Shown in pieces: positions 24,995 through 37,619 of a DNA stretch of 64,000 nucleotides. Numbering within the stretch: the stretch's first letter is position 1; every line of letters starts with the position of its first letter. The notes below the pieces were generated by a model. The model was not told the origin of the DNA. It saw only the letters and a program-made list of their open reading frames with translations, and made no database searches. A program made the translations under genes and the position numbers. Source of the stretch: Heterodontus francisci (Eukaryota); the NCBI RefSeq assembly GCF_036365525.1, contig NC_090380.1, positions 96,061,942 to 96,125,941 on the forward strand, written 5' to 3'.

Positions 24995-27590
24995 CAGTAG
25001 AGCCATAGAACCAGAGAAAACTTACGGCACAGAAGGAGGCCATTCAGCCCATCGTGTGACCAGAACTGCATGCAATACTCCAGCTGTGGCCTAACTAATG
25101 TTTTATACAGTTCCAGCATTACATCCCTGCTTTTGTATTCTATACCTTGGCCAATAAAGGAAAGCATTCCATATGCCTTCTTCACCACTCTATCTACCTG
25201 GCATGCCACCTTCAGGGACCTGTGGACATGCACTCCAAGGTCGCTCACTTCTTCTACCCCTCTCAATATCCTCCCGTTTATTGTGTATTCCCTTGCTTTG
25301 TTTGCCCTCCCCAAATGCATTACCTCATACTTTTCCATATTTAATTCCATTTGCCACTTTTCCGCCCACACAAGCAAACCATTGATATCATTTTGGAGTC
25401 TACAGCTATCCTCTTCACTATCAACTACACGGCCAATTTTTGTGTCATTTGCAAATTTTCCAATCATGCCTCCCACATTTAAATCCAAGTCATTAATATA
25501 TACCTCAAAGAGCAAGGGACCCAACACTGAGCCCTGTGGAATGCCACTGGAAACTGCTTTCCATTCGCAAAAACATCCGTCAACACTACCCTTTGTTTCT
25601 TGTCACTGAGTCAATTTTGGATCCAACCTGCCATGTTCCCCTGTATCCCATGGGCTTTTGACTGGTCTGCCATGTGTGGCCTTGTCAAATGCCTTACTAA
25701 AATCCATGTAGACCACATCCACTGCACTACCCTCATCGAACCTCCTTGTTACTTCCTCAAAAAATTCAATCAAGTTAGCAAGACACAACCTTCCCTTAAC
25801 AAATCCATGCTGACTATTCCTGAATAATCCATGCCTTTCTAAGTGGCAGTTTATCCTATATCTCCTAATTGATTTTAATAATTTACCCACCAACGAGGTC
25901 AGACTGTATATTATTTGGCCTATCCCTTGCACCCTTTTTAAACAATGGTACAAGGTTCACAGACCTCCAATCCTCTGGTACCTCACCTGCATCTAGTGAG
26001 GATTTGAAGATGATCCTCAGAGCATCCGCTATTTCCTCCCTGGCTTCCTTTAACAACCTGGGATACAATCCATCTGACCTGGTGATTTATTCACTTTCAA
26101 GGATGTCAAACCCTCTAGCACCTCCTCTCTCATTATGCTTATCATATCCAATATTTCACACTCTTCCTCTTTAACTACAGTGTCTTCATCATCTCTCTCA
26201 TTTGTTGAGATAGAGCAAGGAAATACAAAGATAGAGGAGAGAAACAGACATGAGAATGGCAACAGAGGAAAAAACTCATTAAGAACCCTGCCCACATCTT
26301 CTGCATCCACGCATAAGTTCCCTTGTACATCTCTGATAGGCCCTACCCTTTCCTAAGTTATCCTCTTGCTCTTATTGTACAGATAAAACATCTTTGGGTT
26401 TTCCTTGATTTTACCTGCCAATAATTTTTCATGTCCTCTCTTTGCTTTCCTCATTTCCTTTTTTACTTTACCCCTGCACTTTCAATACTCCTCTTGGCTT
26501 TCTAAAATATTAAGTTTTTTGTGACTGTCATAAGCTTTCTTTTTCTGCTTTATCTTACCCTGTATGCTTCTAGATAACCAGAGGGCTCTAGATTGGGATG
26601 TACCACCCTTTATCTTTGTGGGGACATGTCTACACGGTGCCTGTAGAATCTCACTTTTGAATGCCTCCCACTGGTTTGCCACTGATTTTCTTTCAAGTAG
26701 CTGTATCCAGTCCACTTTCACCAGATCACCTCTCAGCTTCATAAAATTTGCCTTCCCCCAATTTAGAACTTTTACTCCTGTTTTATCTTTGTCCTTTTCT
26801 ATGATTATGCTAAAACTAATTGTATTATGGTCACTATCTCCAAAATGGTCACCCACTCCTACTTCATCCACTTGTCCAGCTTCTTTTCCGAAGACTAAAT
26901 CTAGAATTGTGCCCCTTCTCATTGGGCTTGTTATGTAATGGCTAAAAAAGTTCCCTTGAATGCAGTTCAAGAATTTTGTGCCCACTGTGCACTTCACACC
27001 ATTTGCATCCCAGTTGATATTGGGTTATTGAAATCCCTTATTATTTTTGCACTCAGAAATTTGCCTACATATTTGTTCTTCTATCTCCCTCTCACTATTT
27101 GAGGGTCCATAGTAGACTCCTAGTAGCGTGGCTGCCCCTTTTTTTATTTCTGAATTCAACCCATATGGCCTCATTTGATGATTCATTTAGCAAATCATCC
27201 CTCCTCTCAGCTGTTATTGATTCCTTAATCAATAATGCTGACCCCCTCCCTTTTTATCCCCCTCTCTATCCCGCCTGAAAACTCTATATCCAGGGATGTT
27301 GAGCTGCCATTTTTGACCCTCTTTAAGCCAAGTTTCTGTTACAACAACAATATCCTGTTGCCATGTGTCTACCTACACCCTCAGCTCCTCGGCTTTATTT
27401 GCTACACTCCTTGCATTTAAATAAATACCTTTTAACACCGCCAAATTCCTGTGCTGCACACTTTTTAACCGTTGCTTCTTCTGTCTTTCAGAGTCACTCA
27501 CTAATTTTCTGCCTCCTGTTCCCTGCACTGAATTTGTCCTATCTGAAACTGCCCTTGGGTTCCCATCCCCCTGCCAAACTAGTTTAAAAC
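24995..27590 (-). mobile_element. CR1 LINE (APE to RT) with internal deletions
   Basis: ORFs 26482..26997 (ILDLVF, GDSDH), 25883..26068, 25603..25953 (SQHGFVKGR, YMDFSKAFDK) and 24982..25527. The 3' tail is joined directly to the body near 25058. Confidence 0.92.
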
Positions 27591-28279
27591 TTCATTTTAA
27601 CTATTCAAAAAGCACAAGAGATGGAGATGAAAAACATGAGAAACCATTTAATTTTCAGTTCTTAAAAAAGCTAAGCATAGTTTTCTTAATCTATTTGATA
27701 TTTTTGTGTTCTACTGTTGTGTACCTATAATGAGTACTGAAAATCTGCCATTCAGTAACACCTTCAGTGCTGATGTGGATGAAATACTGCATTACAGGGG
27801 CAAGTAGACGTATTTTAAAGTAGCGTAAAATCCATAGTATAATCTGTGGTTTTATGTACATTTTCTGCACTGACATGAGAATTAGAGAAGACAGCCACAA
27901 CACTATGTATGGCACAGAAGAGAGTGTGTGTGTGCACATGTGTTTGTGTGAGTAAGAGACATAGGGCTGAGTTTTATTGGGGGTGCCGCCAACTGCGGCG
28001 GTGCCCTTTGAACTCGGCAGGGCACCTGCATTCGCCAGCCGCTGCAGAGCTCCCACAATATTAATCGCTGGGGCTCATTAGAATCACGGCGCCGAACTGC
28101 TCTCCCCATATTACGCGGGGTGAAGCTGGACATTCGGCACAGTGAGAGAGTCTTTGACAGTTGTGCAGCAGGTGCTGGGGCCCTATTTTAAGCGCTCCAG
28201 CACCTGCTTCCTCACAGCTGTCAAAGAAATACTTACCTGACTGCTGAAGAGTTGGGCTGCTGTCAATCTGGCAGCAAAG

Positions 28280-28435
28280 CAGAAAGTGCTGCAGAAATCC
28301 AGCAGGTCAGGCAGCATCTATGGACAGAGAAGCAGAGTTAACTTGTCCAAATCCACAGACCTGAAAGGTAACTTTGCTTCTCTCTCCACAGATGCTGCCT
28401 GACCTGCTGAATTACCCCAGCACTTTCCGCTTTGC
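28280..28435. repeat. Fold-back (inverted) pair of Penelope terminal fragments
   Basis: cagcaggtcaggcagcatct...agagaagcagagtta pairs with taactttgcttctctctccacagatgctgcctgacctgctg. Confidence 0.75.
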
Positions 28436-30526
28436 TGCCACGTACTTACCCTGCTGTGTCCCAGTGTCCTGTGAAGTTGTGATCCTCTTCTTCCATTCAA
28501 GTGTAACATTCCTTCTTGTAGGCATGCTGCACCTGGGTGAATAATCTTAATTTTGCACATTCCAGGACGTGAGACTTAAATAGACCATAAAAGGTATTAC
28601 AGAGGTTTATAGAGAACACACTGACACAAATGGGAATACATGGGTGTTACAGCAATGTAACTACATCTTTCACTAAATGTTCCTCATCAACATGTGTGTC
28701 CTTTTCTCTGTGTGAATGATGTGTGCCAGCATGTAGCGCCAATGTCACATCCCTTTGCACCGTTGGCCCTTCAGGAGAGCCAACATATGCAATAACATCA
28801 TTGCCATGCCACCATTACTCATGAGCGTCTCCACGGACTCTGTGACATGGACGTTGGCTCAGTCAGCTGCTGCCTCTAATGGTTTACACAGGGATGCTGC
28901 AGTTGTGGACTGGTGCACAGCAGGTGAGCGAGGGTGATGTATAACTTGCAGAGATCATGTCGGTTCCTATGGAGCAGACAGCCTTTGTCTGTTAAGCCAC
29001 TTCCGTACATCCCTAGCTCACTGCTTGCCCTGCGTGCAGAGCCTGGGTGTCATCTGCCCTCCCATGAGTCTTTCATGTTGTAGGTCTTCAGCATCCTCAT
29101 AGTCCGAGGAGGAATCCTGTTGGTGTCTCTCCTCATCATTCCAGGCCTGGCCCCTATTGGGTGCGTAGTTGTGCAGAGCAGCAAAGAAAGGAGTAGGCAT
29201 TTTCGGCCCATAGTACAGGGCATCACCCTATCCATCCAGACATTGGAGGCACTCTTTCAGCATGCTGATCTCCTGCTCAATGGTGGCTGATGTAGTTCAG
29301 TGGCTGGTGTTGTATCTCTCCTCTGCAGCAGTGGTGGGGTCTCTCACTGGTGTTGGGAGCCATGCCTGCAAAGGATATCCCTTATCTCCAAGAGTCCACC
29401 CCTCCATCTGAGACAGTTCAGTGAACAGCGGTGGCAGTTGGGACTGGCGCAAGACCCAGGTGTCATGGCAGCTGCCTGAGAAGCGGTCACACCTTCGCTG
29501 CAAGCAGCCGCGGTGTTCACATACCAGCTTCACTTAGGTTGAGAGGGCTCCTTTAATGGTGACGTCTGCAGGTAGTAGCCTGGCAGTAGGCCTCATGGCC
29601 ACATGAGTCCAGTCTATGAACATTACAACCTATGGTTCTCCGGCAACGGTGCCAAAACCAATGGCCCTTTGACCTGGCTGTGAGAGTCTGCCCTGAAGCG
29701 GACATCCTTACTGGCCCTCAGGTGACCTCCCTGATGCAGTGGTGTACAGCTGACACGACAAAGGTCTCTGGTGGACCCCTAAAAGGCTGCAGAGGCCTCA
29801 GACTTGAGAACCGCTGCCACTATGAGGAAAAAAGGCATGGGATGTCCACCAGAGCACATGGGCTGAAGGTCATGCTTGAGCAGGGCACAGAGACGTGTCA
29901 CCACCCTCTCTTTATGCACAGTCTCCTTTGACACTGGTGCTCTGACATCCGATGGCATGTCATGTGTGGCCTGCAGATGCATGGCAACCGTAATGGTGGG
30001 CTCCCCTTGAGGGCTGCTGGTCACGACCGGGGTCCTCTACGTGGATCGCACCTGCCTGTTGGTATTGCCCCTGTGCATACGGATCCTCATGTGCAGAGGA
30101 TCACACAGTGTAGGATGAGCCGTACCTATTTCCATGTCATAAATAAATTTGAACCCTGCATGTATTTGAAGGTTCCTAACAGGGCATGGATTGGTGTTGA
30201 CTGGGTACGTCAGCTGCTTTCCTGGATCAACTATGTGGCGTGCCATGGCATTTCCCATCTTGGCCAACACTCAGAGTGGCACAGCATGACCACATCAAGA
30301 TTCTATCAGCTGAATCGATTGCCCCCACCATCCATATAACCTAATGCTCCTGCCCTTTCTAGCACCCTCCCCACGTACAGGGTGCCTGGTGTGCCAATGT
30401 CCCCTCACAGACACAGAGCGTACATTGTTAACGGAGGGATAGCAGATGGTACCCTCCCTTCATGCCAGCACAGTTTTCCCTCCAGTAATACCAGACCCCC
30501 TTCCTTTCACAATGCATATCCCCCTG

Positions 30527-30995
30527 CATATCCCCCCTCCTCCCTTTAAGAATGCAGAGTTAGACCCCTGCATATTCCCCCTCCTCCCTTTAAGAATGCC
30601 GAGTTAGACCCCTGCATATCCCTCCTCCCTCCTCCCTTAAGAATGCAGAGTTAGACCCCTGCATATTCCTCCTCCTCCCTTTAAGAATGCAGAGTTAGAC
30701 CCCTGCATATCCCCCCTGCCTCCTCCCTTTAAGAATGCAGAGTTAGACCCCTGTGAATCCCCCCTCCCTCCTCCCTTTAAGAATGCAGAGTTAGACCCCT
30801 GTGAATCCCCCATCCCTCCTCCCTTTAAGAATGCAGAGTTAGACCCCTGCATATCCCCCCTGGCTCCTCCCTTTAAGAATGCAGAGTTAGACCCCTGTGA
30901 ATCCTCCCTCCCTCCCTCCTCCCTTTAAGAATGCAGAGTTAGACCCCTGTGAATCCCCCCTCCCTCCTCCCTTTAAGAATGCAGAGTGAGGACCC
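30527..30995. repeat. Minisatellite, 10 units of about 44-52 bp
   Basis: Unit cctcctccctttaagaatgcagagttagacccctg followed by catat/tgaat and a variable C-tract, counted 10 times. Confidence 0.95.
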
Positions 30996-31249
30996 ACCTG
31001 CTTTTCAGATCGTGAACGGGACGGCACGTGACGGCTGCCCGTTCAACGAAACATCCGGCATTGTCGGTGGAGAGGTGGCAGGCTGCATAATCAGCATAGG
31101 TAAGTAAGCATTACCATATGCTAATTGTGGTGCTGCCGCCGTATGGCGGGGCGACCGCACCGAGGTCACACTTCCGCCGGTAAAAAGTCCAGACTTTTCT
31201 GGCCCCTCATCTGTCTCACTCATCTCAACTCAACAAGCCATAAATGCAA

Positions 31250-32435
31250 GCATTTCCTCAACCGAGGATTCCCCCACACTGTGGTTGACAGGGCCCTCAA
31301 CCATGTCCGGCCCATTTCCCGCACCTCTACCCTCACCCCTTCCCCTCCCTCCCAGAACGTGACAGGGTTCCCCTTGTCCTCACTTTCCACCCCATCAGCC
31401 TCCATATCCAAAGGATCATCCTCCGCCATTTCCGTCAACTCCAGCATGATGCCACTACCAAACACATCTTCCCCTCCTTTCCCCTGTCAGCATTCCGAAG
31501 GGATCGTTCCCTCCGCGACACCCTGGTCCACTCCTCCATTACCCCCACCACCTCGTCCCCGTCCCATGGCACCTTCCCCTGCAATCGCAGGAGGTGTAAT
31601 ACCTGCCCATTTAGCTCCTCTCTCCTCACTATCCCAGGCCCCAAACACTCCTTTCAGGTGAAGCAGTGATTTACTTGTACTTCGTTCAATGTAGTGTACT
31701 GTATTCACTGCTCACAATGTGGTTTCCTCTATATTGGGGAGACCAAACGCAGACTGAGTGACCGCTTTGCGGAACACTTCCGCTCAGTCCGCAAGCAGGA
31801 CCCTGAGCTTCCGGTTTCTTGCCATTTCAACACTCCCCCCTGCTCTCATGCTCACATCTCTGTCCTGGAATTGCTGCAGTGTTCCAGTGAACATCAACGC
31901 AAGCTCGAGGAACAGCATCTCATCTACCAATTAGGCACACTACAGCCTGCTGGACTGAACATTGAGTTCAATAATGTCAGAGCAAGACAGCCCCCCATTT
32001 TACTTTCATTTTTAGTTATTTTTTCTTTTTCTCTTTTTTACATTTTTACAATCTTTTTTTTTGCATTTATTTCATTTCATCTTAGTTTGTTCAGTTTGCT
32101 TACCCACTGTTTTGTTTTCATGTTTGCACTTGCTGTTGTTCAATAGTCAGTCCGTTAACACCTTATCTGTACTAATGCTTTGTCTTTCAACACACCATTA
32201 ACATATTGTTTGCCTTTGCTCCATGACCTCTTGGTCAGCTATGTGGCCTTGTCCAATCTACACCTTCTCCTTTGTTGTCTCTTGCCCCACCCCCGCCTCA
32301 CTTGCTTATAACCTGTGACATTTCTAATATTTGTCAGTTGCGAAGAAGGGTCACTGACCCGAAACGTTAACTCTGCTTCTCTTTCCACAGATGCTGCCGG
32401 ACCTGCTGAGTGGTTCCAGCATTTCTTGTTTCTAT
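31250..32435 (+). mobile_element. Penelope-like retroelement 3' part: GIY-YIG endonuclease and terminal repeat
   Basis: FLNRGFP, CNRRRCNTC and VYCIHCSQCGFLYIGETKRRLSDRFAEH...HFN...GLNIEF (ORF 31694..32146). Confidence 0.92.
32335..32375 (+). ncRNA. Minimal hammerhead ribozyme-like motif (degenerate core)
   Basis: cagtt-gcgaaga-agggtc act gaccc-GAAA-cg-tta-act; the CUGANGA core is mutated here but reads CTGATGA in the copy at 6540-6557. Confidence 0.5.
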
Positions 32436-33119
32436 TTTATATTATATAAGCCATAAATGCATCCTGCCAGAGTTACAATAGAGTGCAATAGAATGTTTGT
32501 AAAAGCTCAAAACCGGACAGAACTGTTGGAAGAACAAAATCCAAACCAAAGAGTTTACATTAAAGTACAAGTAATTTTTTAGGCTTTTTATTTCCCCTAT
32601 GAATTTCAGATATTTGCTTTGCGTTGTCCCTTGAGGTATGCACCCACCTTTGACTGATATGGTGGACAGTCACTTCCCCCAGAGTTCCCACCCATCCTGC
32701 TCTCTAGCTGTAGAGTTTAGAGGATCGGGATGCATGTTAGTTGTCTATGTTTTCACTGGGAATGTTTAGATGTAATTTGTGAAGGCTGTCATGAACATGT
32801 GCTAGGCTGAATGATGATTCTTTTTATTCCACCAGCTGGAAACGTGAATTAAATTTTTAAAAAGGGGCAGATAAAAGGTGACTGCTAACAGCTAAAATGG
32901 CAACCACAATGTGCATCAAAATACCCTACATTCCAATGCATCAAGGTGGAGACATAGTGTCTGCTTAGTCCCCAGCCAGAACAATGACTTGGGAATTTTG
33001 AGTGAACTAGCTGTCCTGTCCCCATTAACAAAACATTAAAGGCAATCACTTGGGATATTAAACTGGTGGAGAGGAACCACTCAAGGCAATCTCTTGAACA
33101 ATGGGACCTTGGTTGAGAG

Positions 33120-33690
33120 AAGGGAATTCCTAGACATGAACTTTCTATATCGCTGGTTAGGCCTCAGCTGGGATTTTGTGGACAATTCTGGGCACCATAC
33201 TTCAGAAAAGATGTAAAGAATAGGGTACAAGGGTACAAAGGAGGTTCACCAGGATGTTACCAGGTTTAAGGGACTTCAGTTGTGAGGAGAGGTTGGAAAA
33301 CTTAGGACTGTTCTCCAGAGAAGGTTTACAGCTAACCTAGATTATCAGAGGTTTTGTTAGAGTATGTCGAGAAAAATTACTCCCTCTGACAAGTGGGTCA
33401 ATAACTGGAGGTCATATATTTAAAATCATTGCTAAAATATCTTGAGGCAAGGTGAGGTGAAGTCTTTTCACTCAGAGTTGTTGGGATCGGGAATGGTCTG
33501 CCTGAAAGCTAGTGGAAGCTGATAAATAATTTTAAATGGGAGTTTGACAGGTACTTGAGGATAAGGAACTTACAGGATTACTGACAAAAAGGCTGGGGTG
33601 TGGGACTCAGCAGGTCTGTGCTTTTAAAGAGCCACCACAGGCACTATGGGCTGAATGGCCTCCTTCTTAGCTGTAAGTTTATATGATTTT
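33120..33690 (+). mobile_element. CR1 LINE 3' fragment
   Basis: ctggttaggcctcagctgg...ttctgggcaccatac...atgggctgaatggcctccttct tail. Confidence 0.85.
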
Positions 33691-33919
33691 ATATGATGAC
33701 AAAAATGATGGTGCAAGGCAGAATGAGATGATAATGAAAAAAACAAAGAAAGAAAAGATGGGTCCTGAGATTTGCCTATCGTTTTGCTGCCCCATTCCCT
33801 GGCCATGGGAGCCTTCTTTTTGCAGATTTTTCTATGGTTCCCACCTCATCTGCTACTCTGCTGTATCAATTTTCACCTTCTCTGGACCCATCTTTTGTTT
33901 CTATACTTGCACCTTCTAT

Positions 33920-34010
33920 ACATTAACTCTGTTTCTCTCTCCACACATGCTGCCTTCCAGCATTTTCTGTTTTTATTTGATTTCCAGCATCCCCAGTATT
34001 TTGCTTTAGA
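33920..34010 (+). mobile_element. Penelope terminal fragment
   Basis: cattaactctgtttctctctccacacatgctgcc...ccagcattttctgtttttattt. Confidence 0.7.
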
Positions 34011-34380
34011 ACCTTTCATGGATGCTGGTGAAATCCCCAATACATACAGGCAACATGTAAAGTTATAAAAAAATGATTTTCTTCTGAGATGTTTATTATT
34101 TTTGGACGTGATTACGCACTTTGAGGAGATGCTCAAAGACTGAAAGCATTCCCTAATGTGAGTGCTTTGAGCTGTGCTTTAAGTGGTGGCCGTTGAAATA
34201 ATGAGCTATTAACTGGTGCACAGTGATGCTCAGTGACAAATGAATGATGGGAAGTTAATATGCGTTGTCCCACTGATTTATATGTTATTGACTCATAGTT
34301 AATTAAAACTAAAAGTTTTTGTATTGTATACAGTTTTAGTTGTGTGTTTGCCTGAAACATTAAAAGATTCTAGTATTTAC

Positions 34381-35368
34381 TGTTATGACCAGGTGAGAAA
34401 GGGGCTAGGGGGTCCCTCTCAGCCTTTTCCTGCTTTGGTTGTAACAAAGTTTAATTTTTAAAACACCATGTTTTTAGCTTCCCCTCAGTGAATCTTGTTC
34501 ACTGCTCTCCAATTGTAATGGCAAAGAAATCAACCAGACAGGTTTTCTTAGATTTAAACAAGAAAGGTGTAAGTTTATTAACTTTAAAACTCTAATTCAG
34601 TTAAAACTACGAAAATACGTGACGCGATCACGCTATCATGCATATGCGATAAACACACACGCAGATTGAGACAGAAAAGGAGAAAAAATCAAGGGAAAAG
34701 GTTTGAAGCAATAGCTGAAGTTCAGTTACCGTCTTTTGAGTTCGATGTAAATTCTTTGATTGCAGTAAAATTTTGCCGTCTTGTTGGGGCCCAGTGCAGA
34801 CTTTCAAACTTGTTTTGATGGTTTTCTGTCTTAAGGCTTGGCTTCTTCCGTGGGTCCCTGTCTTTGTGTGAGAGGGAGAGAAAGAGACTGGGATGCTGTC
34901 TTCTTAAAATCCAGTTGCAGTCTCTGCTTTTCGTGAGAGAGAGAGAGAGAGACAGGGAGAGATGCTCTTTCTTTCAGTCCAGTTGCAGTCTGATTTTTTC
35001 CTGTGTCACAATTCAAACCAAACCGGGGCCAGCAGGCTAGTCATCTGATTAGCTCCTTTTTTGGAACAACCTGCCGGGTGAGGTTTTGTGGATTCTTTTA
35101 ATCTTAGTAGACAGCCTCAGTAGGGGGCTGGAACACTGACTTTCATATCTTCGATGTCTTTTGATCAAAATTTATTTGGTTAATTGAATCAGGGAGCAGT
35201 TCCATTGTCTTCTCCAGGCAACTGTCTTTTGGAATGCAAGTCTTTCCAGCCACTGTCCTTTTATAATGCAGGTGGAGCCATGTTTTCAGTTCAGTAAGAG
35301 TTTAAAATTAATGTTCCATATGACAAAATTAATATGTATCATTCTTGGCAGGTGTGGTTTTCCTCACA
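34381..35368 (-). mobile_element. Solo LTR of the Gypsy family (longer variant)
   Basis: TGTTATGACCAGGTGAG...TCACA termini with 4-bp TSD TTAC. Confidence 0.88.
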
Positions 35369-37619
35369 TTACTTTATGCTGAGATGAAAGACCATTTGCT
35401 GGTGCAATCAGTTTCTGCTTTTTCTTCACTAAAGAAATGTTTCTAGAACCCACCAACCTTTTCTTAATGAAGTCTGAAAAGATTCACTATGAAGCTGCTT
35501 CAACTCTGTGCTTCTGGATCACCACCTCCAACATATTTAAATCATTTGTCTATTAAGTTTAAAATATAGCTGTCTTGATAAATGGATCATGTGCAGCAGG
35601 ATACTGAGAACCATCACATTGAGCTCCTTCTTCAATCTATAGTCTGTGCTAAATTAGCTATGTTCAATCAGGGGAGAAGATGTGCTACACCAATTGGTCT
35701 CCGAAATCCTGGGCTTGGGACAGGAAAAATCAAGCAAGGTTTCCAATCCTGCTCACTATCCCTTGACAGCATGTTCATGTGCATATTAGTTCAGTGCAGG
35801 ATCAAGCTAAGTTGAGATGTGTTCCATGATTGAATGAGACAATAGAGGGCACAATGAGAAAAATCAAAGACATTTATGAGACACCATAAACATGCAAATA
35901 GTTGAGGAGTTGGGTGAATAAGATGGGTAGAAATGGAAGCTTAGACGGCTCCTATGGTTCAGGACCCTAGGAAAAGAAACAGTAACTACTCTTCAAAAAT
36001 ACTTCACGGACTGTGAAACACTTTAGCACATCTAGAGGTCTTGAAAGGTGCTTGGTAAATGACTTGCCGCGGGTTTCTTAAATGATATCAATGAGGAAAT
36101 CTACATGGGCTGCATAGGTAGCGGTTGGCGGCATTGTCAGGCCTCTAGGAATGGACTTAAGTCTACGTAGTGATGCTAGAGTGGCATTACGTGAATAAAT
36201 TCCCCCATCTTTCTTTCCCTCCCTTTATTTCTCTTTCTGTACCTGATTTGACATTGAACTCACCCACACTAATTTACTCTTCCTCTCAGTCCTTCTGCTG
36301 TTAATTTCACAATCCTTCAGTCTGATTGCTGAAGGAGATACACAGCTGCTTGCCCTGTTCACTCAGGTCCCAGGTGCTCGGCTTCCCTTGCTGCGCCTAA
36401 ATCAACTCGCACTTTCAGCAACTTCCCACGCAAAAAATTGAAACCAAAACAGAGCTCATTAGATACCCTGCTGCCGAATATTATTGTGTGATAAACTAAC
36501 TTTTTAGTGGCAAGAACCATCAAGTCCATATCATGAGGCACTATGAGGGGGCCTTAGGTAAATGTTAGCGCCCAATCCATGGCTAAAGCAATTGAAAATT
36601 GTCAAGTACTAGATCTATCCATTTTGTTCTTGTGGAAGACAAATGGCTGCTCAGTGAGCTAAAAGTGTCACTCCACATTGTTTAGTTGGCTGACGGCAGA
36701 GTGCAATGCTGCTTTAGTTGCTTGCGGAATACTTTCCTCTTTCATCTCCATCCTGTTGGCTTTTTCTGTAAACGCTGCAAAGGTCATTTGAATTCCTAAG
36801 GAGCATTGAGCGATTTACAGGGCCAGAGGCAGGTCTAGTTACTTGTAACAGGGGTACCTGCAGACCAGTTTCCAATGAGTAGTGCCCCACAGGTAGTAAC
36901 AACAACTGGCATTGGGGAGAATGGTTGCTTTCACTGCCAATCTGTCCCACATGTGGACCAATCCAAATCTTTTCCATGGCGTTAGCTCTCTGCAAAAAAT
37001 GTGTTTTAGACATTAAAAATGGAAGCCTGGCGGTAGCCCATTTTCAGGTTCTAAAATAGTATCACGAGCTATAACAAAGCTCCTGGTTACCACCGGTGGG
37101 AAAATTGAGACCTTAATGTATTTCGTTTTAGAATTGTTTTCACAGATGTTGGAACCTGTCATTCACTTTTGGAACAGATTTTAGAGCTGGTTTGAGATCA
37201 TTAGTTATTATAAGAATATAATCAGATCAACTGTAAAACTCGACACAGGAGAAGCACAAAATCTGAGCTGATGTATTATTATTTTTTCTATTGTGAATTT
37301 AAAGCTGTAATTCCCTAGTAACCCTTTTCCATTAGATTAATACCAGACCTACATTTTCAGTTGTCAGTAAAGTCCAGTCTGATGGATATATTTCTAATGG
37401 TAAAAAAATTCCTTTAAAGGTTCCAGCCAGTTTCCTCTGTCTATAGATTATGTTGTAATGAATTGTAGGATAATGTCACTTGTCAGCATTTCATCCCAAT
37501 ATCATTTTCTTGTTGCAATCATCTATTTACTGATAGTTCAAGCACTATAGATTCTGCAGATTCCAAATTTATGAAATGGAGTTGAAATTGAGTATTAATG
37601 AACGAGGAAAAGAATAAAC

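Larger units (their letters stand above)
27964..31205 (-). mobile_element. Degraded PIF/Harbinger DNA transposon (HARBI1-like DDE transposase remnants)
   Basis: 29297..29533 GSCHDTWVL...LGDKGYPLQAWLPTPVRDP...EERYN, with TIEQ and LHNY downstream. The left end gggctgagtttta resembles other Harbinger ends here; outer limits are uncertain. Confidence 0.7.

Noticed and set aside
30527-30995. CRISPR-like array, or a repeat protein (QGSNSAFLKGGG)n
   Set aside because: The linkers are short C-tract variants and not unique spacers, there are no cas genes, and the context is eukaryotic. The ORF is a by-product of the repeat.
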